Assembly: GCA_019120295.1 (NCBI GenBank)
Contig: DWVI01000002.1
Coordinates: 10,754 to 74,753, forward strand
DNA: 64,000 bases
From: Candidatus Onthoplasma faecipullorum
Lineage (GTDB): Bacteria > Bacillota > Clostridia > Christensenellales > UBA1242
Direction: 5' to 3'
The position numbers and the translations under genes were made by a program. Every line of letters begins with the position of its first letter. Positions within the stretch are counted from its first letter, which is position 1. Of this stretch, positions 1 to 7,486 are shown piece after piece. The notes under the pieces were generated by a model, which saw nothing but the letters and a program-made list of their open reading frames with translations, was not told the DNA's origin and searched no databases.

Positions 1-261
1 TGCCTTAGAAGAATTATCATATTGCGTTTTCATATTCACAAGGCTATTAATAATTCGAAAATATTCTTTTCCTGGAGCATCAAAACCCCAAACTTTACAA
101 CCATACAAACAAGTTTTAATTGCCTTAAAAAAGGTTGTTTTTCCAGCTCCATTTTTACCGCCAATCAAAACCATATTTTTATTTTTATTTATGGTTATTT
201 CAAACTCATTTTTATTAACATATGGACCTATATTATATAATTCAATTCTTTTGATCTTCAT
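1..261 (-). CDS. dndD: DNA sulfur modification protein DndD, first 87 codons only (gene runs off left edge of window)
   Basis: Not in ORF track because it is truncated. Reverse translation from ATG at 261 gives MKIKRIELYNIGPYVNKNEFEITINKNKNMVLIGGKNGAGKTTFFKAIKTCLYG... This is an SMC/DndD-type N-terminus with Walker A GGKNGAGKTT. The start overlaps the dndC stop by 20 nt and sits in the canonical position after dndB-dndC. Confidence 0.75.
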   Translation of the reverse strand, partial: MKIKRIELYNIGPYVNKNEFEITINKNKNMVLIGGKNGAGKTTFFKAIKTCLYGCKVWGFDAPGKEYFRIINSLVNMKTQYDNSSKA

Positions 262-1630
262 TTTTTAACCCCGATTTTATGGTTTCATAATGAATCCATT
301 CTTGATTGATTAATTTGTCAAATTCTTTTTGCACTTTAGATGATTTAGCAGCATATTTATTTGCATTAATAGATACAATTAATTTTGTTATTAGTTCAAA
401 AGGAATATCTGCTTCTTCTGCACCTTTCTTTAATTCTTCGACCACTTTATCTTCATAAAGCGGTTCCTTATATTCATCCCATGGTAACTTTTTTCCAAAA
501 ACTTCATAGTAGATATCAACTAATTTACGTCTTGTTAAATCTCCCTCGGAATCCCAGACCGTATCAATCATTTTTAGTTCATCTAACGTAATTAATTCAA
601 ACCCAGTTTCTTTTTCGACCATCAACAATCTTTTAAGAATCTCTTGCCTTGCTGACATTTTAAATGGTCCAAAACCATATTCACCATTTTCCTTTTGATA
701 AACCTTTCCATTTCTTCTTTTATTATCTCTAAAATTAGGGTCTTGCCTTATGCTAACTAACCAATTCCTAAAGTCCCTCAGTGGTATTAATTCAGTAGAT
801 CCATGATTTATAAAATTTTGCAAAGATTTATCTTCTTTAACAATTGTACAACACCAACAACCAAAGCGAGAATTACCTGTAACTGGAATTTTATTTTTAT
901 CAATCTCACCAATTACACTTTGTTCTTCGCCTAAATTTTCCCCTTGATACAAACTAAATAAATATTTCATATCAACGCCCCAACTACTGATGCCATTATT
1001 TTTTAATAAATATTCCCAAACTAAATCATTTTTTATTTCAGTTAAAGGATTATAAACATAAGCACCCTTTATATCACTATGTGGAATTAAAATTTTCCCT
1101 TCAATTTCCCTTGATGATATACTCCTCATACGAGCCAAACTTTCAGCCTTTCTAACCCCGAGCAATAAAACTACCTGACCATACTTTTCAATAATTTCAT
1201 TTGTATACTTGTTCATTGGAATAATCTTTAATCGCTCTGTACACCACCTAAAGCCAGGTGGTTCTGGAGTTGGATAACCTAGCCCAATAACTAAATTCCA
1301 ATATGATTGTGTAACATCGGGATAAATAATATCAGCCTGAATATTTGCATTTATTTTTTGAGAAAATTCGTTTATTTTTTGAGATGAAGTGTGCATATAT
1401 TTTTTTACTATTGGATTTTCAACGCCTGTATCGGAAGTAACAATGAAAATTTTTTTATTTCTTTCATATTCTGGTAATCTAGTAACAACCTCAATAACTA
1501 AAGAAACAAGTAAAGATGAATCTTTACCTCCACTATAACCAATTAACCAAGGTCTGTTATCATGTTTATAGACGAAAGTCATTTCTTCTATAATATCTTC
1601 AAATACTTTGAATTTATCTTTTGATTTCAT
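242..1630 (-). CDS. dndC: DNA phosphorothioation sulfurtransferase DndC (PAPS-reductase/PP-loop ATP pyrophosphatase family)
   Basis: 462 aa. PP-loop motif GYSGGKDSSLL near the N-terminus and Cys cluster RFGCWCCT. Size and position between the DGQHR protein and the DndD-like ATPase fit DndC. Start overlaps the dndB stop. Confidence 0.8.
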   Translation of the reverse strand: MKSKDKFKVFEDIIEEMTFVYKHDNRPWLIGYSGGKDSSLLVSLVIEVVTRLPEYERNKKIFIVTSDTGVENPIVKKYMHTSSQKINEFSQKINANIQADIIYPDVTQSYWNLVIGLGYPTPEPPGFRWCTERLKIIPMNKYTNEIIEKYGQVVLLLGVRKAESLARMRSISSREIEGKILIPHSDIKGAYVYNPLTEIKNDLVWEYLLKNNGISSWGVDMKYLFSLYQGENLGEEQSVIGEIDKNKIPVTGNSRFGCWCCTIVKEDKSLQNFINHGSTELIPLRDFRNWLVSIRQDPNFRDNKRRNGKVYQKENGEYGFGPFKMSARQEILKRLLMVEKETGFELITLDELKMIDTVWDSEGDLTRRKLVDIYYEVFGKKLPWDEYKEPLYEDKVVEELKKGAEEADIPFELITKLIVSINANKYAAKSSKVQKEFDKLINQEWIHYETIKSGLKNEDQKN

Positions 1631-2666
1631 TTTCCTTCACCTTCTCTTCTTTTGATAATTCGATCTTTAATTTTATCTTTAAGTAATTACATAATTTTAT
1701 TATTGAATCTTCATTGTTAACTATATTACCATGTTGATTTATTATTCTTCCAACCCACTCTGGATTACACCTAAACCAATCAATGGAATTTAACGATTTT
1801 AAGGTTGACAAATCCAAATTATTTTCATAAAAATATCTTCCTAATCTTCCAAAGGCATTTAGTGTTACACCTAATGTCAAGATATAATCTTCTCTCAATG
1901 ACTTTTTGTAAATTTCTTTATTTTCTAACATTTTCCATTCTTTAATACTATTAAAAATTGAATTCCAGTATTTGAACAAAAATTGCTCAGCATCTTCATC
2001 TTTATCATCTTTTAAAATACGTTTATTTGCCCTTAAAAAATTTGCTAAAGTAAATAATTTAGAAGAGTTCTTCCCTAAATTATCTTTCTCTTTGTCAATA
2101 TATTTGTTTAAAAAAGGTATTTTCTTTATAATATCTTTTACAATTTTCCCGATGTCATCTCGGTCATCATATAAAGTTGATAATGACTTTGTCGGTTTTA
2201 TAGCATATTTATTAAGGTCAGCAAACATTTGTTGACTACGTTTTAAACCTTCATCCTTAAAAAACACAATTGCTATTGTTTCTTTTGCCAGAGATCTATC
2301 CTCTTTTAATGCAGCTTCTATAGCCGCTTTTCTGTGTTGCCCATCATTAATCAGAAATACCGAATCCATATCAATTTTTAAAATTCCAATATTTTTATCA
2401 AGTTCTGAAGGAATAAACTCAAAATTTCCGTCTATCGAGGCTGATAATGCTGAAAAAACATATGTATTTCTATTTTTTAATATATAATCTCTAATCTCAG
2501 GAATTCTATTTTCATTTATACAACGTTGAGCACGGTATTCTGGGAGAATATAATCAACATCATTTTCAAATATTTTACACAACAGATTTAAAGGAACCAT
2601 AGCAATATAATACTCCCTATTTGCCTGTAATCCACTAACAACAGAAAATGTATAAGATAGCCCCAC
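1614..2666 (-). CDS. dndB: DndB-like DGQHR-domain protein (regulator of phosphorothioation)
   Basis: 350 aa containing the literal motif NDGQHR (FLINDGQHRKAAIEAAL). GTG start preceded by AGGAGG at 5 nt spacing. Immediately upstream of dndC. Confidence 0.8.
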   Translation of the reverse strand: MGLSYTFSVVSGLQANREYYIAMVPLNLLCKIFENDVDYILPEYRAQRCINENRIPEIRDYILKNRNTYVFSALSASIDGNFEFIPSELDKNIGILKIDMDSVFLINDGQHRKAAIEAALKEDRSLAKETIAIVFFKDEGLKRSQQMFADLNKYAIKPTKSLSTLYDDRDDIGKIVKDIIKKIPFLNKYIDKEKDNLGKNSSKLFTLANFLRANKRILKDDKDEDAEQFLFKYWNSIFNSIKEWKMLENKEIYKKSLREDYILTLGVTLNAFGRLGRYFYENNLDLSTLKSLNSIDWFRCNPEWVGRIINQHGNIVNNEDSIIKLCNYLKIKLKIELSKEEKVKENEIKR

Positions 2667-2684
2667 AAAATCCTCCTAAAGAAA

Positions 2685-2708
2685 ATACTTACGTATATAC
2701 GTAAGTAT
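2685..2708. promoter_or_regulatory. Perfect 24-bp palindrome ATACTTACGTATATACGTAAGTAT between the restriction-like cassette and dndB (candidate operator or attenuator hairpin)
   Basis: Read directly: the sequence equals its own reverse complement. It lies 19 nt upstream of the dndB GTG, just before the AGGAGG. On the minus strand it is followed by UUUCUUU. Confidence 0.5.
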
Positions 2709-2747
2709 ATCATATGTACTTATAAAAAGCAAATAAAAAACATATTT

Positions 2748-3269
2748 TTAAATATTCTCTAATGTAATATTCTTTAATAACTCTTCATAATTTGACTCTT
2801 CTAAAGACGAAAAGTATTTATACAATTCATCTAGTGCAATTAAGGATGATTGTGAATCAATATGTTTAAAAATTTGCTCAATCCCATAATTTGCAAATCC
2901 AGTCAAAAAAGAAGCTGGCGAAAATTTATTTAAAGAAAAATCTGGGTCAAATGCTAATTTTAATCTGTCATCAATACTTAAATTTATTGTTTTACTGTTT
3001 ATAATTGCATTTTGTAACATAAAATCTAATAGTTCACGCAAATCAATATTTGTCAGACTCATATAAGTATTTCTACCAATAGTTTTTTGTCCAAATGATT
3101 GTTCTTCTGAACTTGATAATGTTTTATCTTCTTTTATCCCAATAGAACATGCTAATATATATACATCAACCAAACGATTAAAAATATCTAATCCGTTCTT
3201 ACTGCATAATTCATTATCAGCTCTTTCCCATAATGGATGCGTAAGAATAATATCTGAATTTAAAATCAT
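2748..3269 (-). CDS. Hypothetical 173-aa protein, last gene of the restriction-like cassette (possibly a dnd-associated small protein)
   Basis: ORF whose ATG overlaps the stop of the upstream ATPase (ATGA, 4-nt overlap). No motif I can assign. Acidic C-terminus. Confidence 0.6.
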   Translation of the reverse strand: MILNSDIILTHPLWERADNELCSKNGLDIFNRLVDVYILACSIGIKEDKTLSSSEEQSFGQKTIGRNTYMSLTNIDLRELLDFMLQNAIINSKTINLSIDDRLKLAFDPDFSLNKFSPASFLTGFANYGIEQIFKHIDSQSSLIALDELYKYFSSLEESNYEELLKNITLENI

Positions 3270-5275
3270 TTTAATACACTCCTTTTCTCTAAAATTGCAG
3301 TAATATCATCTGGTCCACCTTTACTCAATGTTGCCCTCTCTTGGCTATCATTTTTAATTACATAAAAATCGTATAAACTTGTATCATCTAATAAAAATTT
3401 TATTTTATTTAAATCAAGTGTTAATAATATTGTTTGTTTTGAAACCTCAGGCAAAGTTTTAAATATATGCTCAGATTGTGCGTTTCCTGTAAAAGCAAAA
3501 GGAGCATCTATGATGATAGGATTTTCATTGTTCTCCATTTTACATTCTTGTAAAGCCTTAATTATACCAATAACATATGAATACTCATCGACTGCTAATT
3601 GTCCACCAGTTAGATACGTCGTTCTTAAAGAGAAATCATCATTAACAAATTGAATTTGATCAATATCTAATTCTGTTTGGGTTGTTAATTTTTTAAATAT
3701 ATCCCTAACACACTTGTTTAAGGTTAACTTAACCTCTTCTTCTCTTTGCTGTTTTTCATTTTCAAGATTAGCTCTAATTCCCTCAAAAAAATCAATTTTT
3801 TCAGTCATTTCAAATGAAATTTTTGAATTTCTTATTATATTATTTAATTGTTTGTTTGCCATTTCATAAATCTGTTTCTTTTGAGCGATTTTTCCTTCAT
3901 ATCCTGCTTTTTCTCTACTTAATGCATCAAGATCGATTTTTATTTGTTCTAGCTCTGAAACAAGATCCTTAGAATCATCCAAACGTTTAAGTTCTTCTTC
4001 ATTATCGTGAATATTTACTTCTAATTCTGATATTTTTTTCTCGCATGTTGTTATATTAGCTAAATATTTTTCATACTCCATAATCATAATTTGAGATAAA
4101 CTAATTTGGTGTTTTGATTTAGATACAAATTGCCCAAATTGATAATCATACGAATCTGGTGGCATTACACCAATTATAGCCTCTATTTTGTCTTTTGAAT
4201 CTTTGTCAAGCTCTCTGCCACAAACACATACATTTTTTTTGATAATCTCTTTTAATAGTGGCTTACTTAAATTCTCAAAAACATTTTTATATGAAGAATT
4301 GAACATCCTATTTTTCTCACGCAAAATAGAACTACTATCACTTGTTTTTCTTGACAGAAATAAATATGGATAATATTTGTAAAACAGATCTCCTATTTTA
4401 TGTCTGATTTCTTTTATCTCATTTTCATTTTTAGCAATAGCATCATAATTCAATTTTAATAATTGATTAATACTTTCTTTGTTATTAGCTTGTCCCAATA
4501 TTTTAAAAATTTCATCTCTTCTAGCATTTTTAATATCTATAGCAGACATCACATCCTTGCGCTTTTCTTTCATCAGTTCGATTGTTTCATACATCTCTTG
4601 TATATTCTCTTGCATCTCAGGTGCCGACATATTATTAATTGTCTGTGTCATCTTAGATGTCATTTCATTTTGATAATATCCAAGAACTGAATTTCTCTTG
4701 CTGTTTTTACCAAGATGATTTAAGGCATTAGCATAAGCATCCAAACCAAACAATTGATGAATAGCCTTTTTTAATTCCTTTGAGTCCAAAACGATATCTC
4801 TGGCTTTCTCCCCATCAAGCAAGAAATATTTTGACAATCCTTTTGGCAGTATCATATTAATTTTATTATAAATATCTCCGTTGTATGGTTGCCAATTGTT
4901 ATCGATTAAATGCATTAAGGTAAAGTCTGTTTTTTCAACTCTCGAGTTTTTTGCATTTAATGCATAACCAAAATACAGAACCTTAGAAAGACTATACTTA
5001 ACTCCAAGATGTTCAAAATCAATTTTCCCCGAAACTCTAACTTGTTCACCACTTTTGCACCCCGCAAAAGCACTTAAATTAAATAATGGTTTATCATTGT
5101 TTAAACCAAAATCAGGATCCCCATAAAACATCCATCTAAAAAATTGTAAAAGAGAAGATTTTCCATAACCTGAATCACCATATATTAGAGTGATTTTACC
5201 ATTGTTATTGAGAACTAATTCATTTTTACCATAATAACATCTAAAATTCTCAATTATAACATTATTTATTATCAT
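3266..5275 (-). CDS. SMC/DndD-like coiled-coil ABC ATPase (second DndD paralogue in the locus)
   Basis: 669 aa. N-terminus IENFRCYYGKNELVL...YGDSGYGKSSLLQFFRWMFYG (Walker A). Long K/E-rich coiled-coil middle with VCVCGRELD (hook-like Cys pair). C-terminal signature-like LTGGQ and Walker B PIIIDAPF. Confidence 0.75.
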   Translation of the reverse strand: MIINNVIIENFRCYYGKNELVLNNNGKITLIYGDSGYGKSSLLQFFRWMFYGDPDFGLNNDKPLFNLSAFAGCKSGEQVRVSGKIDFEHLGVKYSLSKVLYFGYALNAKNSRVEKTDFTLMHLIDNNWQPYNGDIYNKINMILPKGLSKYFLLDGEKARDIVLDSKELKKAIHQLFGLDAYANALNHLGKNSKRNSVLGYYQNEMTSKMTQTINNMSAPEMQENIQEMYETIELMKEKRKDVMSAIDIKNARRDEIFKILGQANNKESINQLLKLNYDAIAKNENEIKEIRHKIGDLFYKYYPYLFLSRKTSDSSSILREKNRMFNSSYKNVFENLSKPLLKEIIKKNVCVCGRELDKDSKDKIEAIIGVMPPDSYDYQFGQFVSKSKHQISLSQIMIMEYEKYLANITTCEKKISELEVNIHDNEEELKRLDDSKDLVSELEQIKIDLDALSREKAGYEGKIAQKKQIYEMANKQLNNIIRNSKISFEMTEKIDFFEGIRANLENEKQQREEEVKLTLNKCVRDIFKKLTTQTELDIDQIQFVNDDFSLRTTYLTGGQLAVDEYSYVIGIIKALQECKMENNENPIIIDAPFAFTGNAQSEHIFKTLPEVSKQTILLTLDLNKIKFLLDDTSLYDFYVIKNDSQERATLSKGGPDDITAILEKRSVLK

Positions 5276-5417
5276 TCTTCTTCATCTCCTCATAAATGCG
5301 AATAATTTTAGCCACCATTTGTTTATCATCACTTTTATTGATAGTCGAAATGTTTTCTTTTTCTAATTCTAAAATTTTTTCTTTGAACATTATTTGTTCA
5401 TTAGTTAAACTAGTCAT
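5262..5417 (-). CDS. 51-aa micro-ORF translationally coupled between the helicase and the ATPase
   Basis: Below the ORF-track size cut-off. MTSLTNEQIMFKEKILELEKENISTINKSDDKQMVAKIIRIYEEMKKNDNK. Its ATG overlaps the helicase stop (ATGACTAG) and its end overlaps the ATPase start by 14 nt. Charged helical composition. Confidence 0.4.
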   Translation of the reverse strand: MTSLTNEQIMFKEKILELEKENISTINKSDDKQMVAKIIRIYEEMKKNDNK

Positions 5418-7476
5418 CTAAATCTCCTCCATATGTAAACTCATTATTGAACAAAATATCTTTTTTTGTTAGATTGTATGAGATTAAAAGTTCTTCTAAT
5501 TTTTCATTTAAATCACTACTATTCAAAGCCAATCTACTGTACTCATAATAACGCCGTAATTCAATTTCAATAAATGATTTATTTTCAGTTGATGGTAATA
5601 CAATTACATCATAAATATCTGCTTTTTGTTTTTCTTTATGAGTATCTGGGTCTATATATAGTCTTAAAATTCTACCCCTTCTTTGAACGAACTCACGATA
5701 ATTATCATTACTTGATAATATTAATGCACTTTTAATTGATGGAATATTTATACCCTCGTCTAAACAACGAATTGCGACTAAATAATTTATTTTCCCTTTA
5801 TTAAAATTATCTATCAGTTGCAATCTCGTATTGATATCTTCTGAAGCTGTAAATTTTGAAGCTTTAACTGTAGGTCCTAATGGTAAAATCGAATTATTTA
5901 TAAGCGATAAAACATGCTCCAAATGCCTGATTTCTTCTTTTTCAGTACTTACTTTCCCATCGCTACAATATATTATAGTATGATCTTTATCTTCTATCTC
6001 ATTAAAAATTTTAGGAAGATTAGTAAGTTTTTCTTCTGCCATTGAAATCGCCTTCAATCGTCCCCTATATCCAATAGTAAATTTTTCTTCATCAATAATT
6101 GTATTAGTTTTTGGATCAAATGCTGACAACATCATTTGTGTATATTTTGCAAACTTACTTTCATCATCTTCAGTGGCATAGACAAACATAGGATGATATT
6201 CATAATTTACCAAATATTTCCCGATAGCCTTTTCAATTGGGAAGTCTATTACTTTTCCTCCAAACCAATTTAATAAAATCTTTGTTTTATCCTCATCATT
6301 TCCAAACACTGGAGTGGCGGATAATCCCAATTTATACACATATTTAGAAGATAATTCATCAGATATATTATTATAAAAATTATGGGCTTCATCAACAATT
6401 AGTAACTTTTTATATTCAATTTTATCATATAACTTTAAATATTTTTCTAAAAAGAAACTTTTAATAGTTGTTATTACAATAATTGGTTTATAAGATTCTT
6501 TTGAGGATAAGTAACTAGCATATATTTTTGTTTCTGCATCCTTTACTTCGCCATGAACACACACTATATGTGCATCTGGGAAAAATTCTTTTGCATCCTC
6601 TTCCCATTGCGAAACGAGATGTTTATAAGGAACAGCAATTACAGTAAAAACATTTTCTTGAGTAATAATGTCTTTAATGGTGTATAAAGAAGTTATTGTT
6701 TTTCCTGTACCTGTAGCCATTACAAAAAAACCAGTATGATTGTTATTGTTCCAGTTAGTTTTAGCCTCCTCCTGATATGGTCTCATTTTATATTTTATTT
6801 TCTTTCTAGAGTAGATCCCCGTGTGTTCTACTTTCTCAATTAGTTCTGACTTAAAGGCATCCATAAAATCAAACACCTGTAAGTCTTCATTTTCATTATT
6901 CCAAATACTATTAAACTCAGACGTTTCATCATGTATACGCCCATCATAGTCGAGCCAGCTTTTGTAAACTCTGATCTTTTCATAATTTGAATTATAGCCA
7001 TTAGCACTTTCATTATTTGAGCCAACGCAGGCAATAACATTACCTGAAAAATCTTCTAATATTGCAAGCTTATCATGATAAATTCCACCTTGTTTTAAAA
7101 CAATTTTAATGTCTACAATATCTTCTTTTATCAATAAATAGAGAATTTTGGCATTATCATCACTCAGTTCTAAAAGTGTGTTTTTAACTTCCTTGACAAA
7201 TTGATTTTTGACTATTTCTCTAGCATCATATCCTTGTTGAATTGCAAGAACATCCTCTTCACTCAATTTTGGTGAGGTTGCCAAATAAATATGTCCCCCA
7301 TTTTTAGCCATAGTTAATATTCCGTCACCAATAAAATTTAATGCAGAAGAACTAAAAAAACCAACACTGCGTTTATAAACTTTTGAGCAAGAAAGCAAAG
7401 GATTTATAATATCTGAAAAAGAATCCTCCCCAACACTTTTATATGAAATATTAATATCAAAATCCTTAAAGTTCAT
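5410..7476 (-). CDS. Phospholipase-D-family nuclease domain fused to SF2 (type III res-like, DEAH) helicase
   Basis: 688 aa. N-terminal HKD-type motif YHDKLAILEDFSGNVIACVGSNNES. Helicase motifs MATGTGKT (I), VDEAHN (II), LGLSATP (III) and QRRGRILR (VI). GGGGGA Shine-Dalgarno upstream. Confidence 0.8.
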   Translation of the reverse strand: MNFKDFDINISYKSVGEDSFSDIINPLLSCSKVYKRSVGFFSSSALNFIGDGILTMAKNGGHIYLATSPKLSEEDVLAIQQGYDAREIVKNQFVKEVKNTLLELSDDNAKILYLLIKEDIVDIKIVLKQGGIYHDKLAILEDFSGNVIACVGSNNESANGYNSNYEKIRVYKSWLDYDGRIHDETSEFNSIWNNENEDLQVFDFMDAFKSELIEKVEHTGIYSRKKIKYKMRPYQEEAKTNWNNNNHTGFFVMATGTGKTITSLYTIKDIITQENVFTVIAVPYKHLVSQWEEDAKEFFPDAHIVCVHGEVKDAETKIYASYLSSKESYKPIIVITTIKSFFLEKYLKLYDKIEYKKLLIVDEAHNFYNNISDELSSKYVYKLGLSATPVFGNDEDKTKILLNWFGGKVIDFPIEKAIGKYLVNYEYHPMFVYATEDDESKFAKYTQMMLSAFDPKTNTIIDEEKFTIGYRGRLKAISMAEEKLTNLPKIFNEIEDKDHTIIYCSDGKVSTEKEEIRHLEHVLSLINNSILPLGPTVKASKFTASEDINTRLQLIDNFNKGKINYLVAIRCLDEGINIPSIKSALILSSNDNYREFVQRRGRILRLYIDPDTHKEKQKADIYDVIVLPSTENKSFIEIELRRYYEYSRLALNSSDLNEKLEELLISYNLTKKDILFNNEFTYGGDLDD

Positions 7477-7486
7477 TATTATCCCC

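Noticed and set aside
22-240. 72-aa plus-strand ORF at the left edge.
   Set aside because: The opposite strand encodes a textbook DndD N-terminus with a Walker A motif, translationally coupled to dndC.
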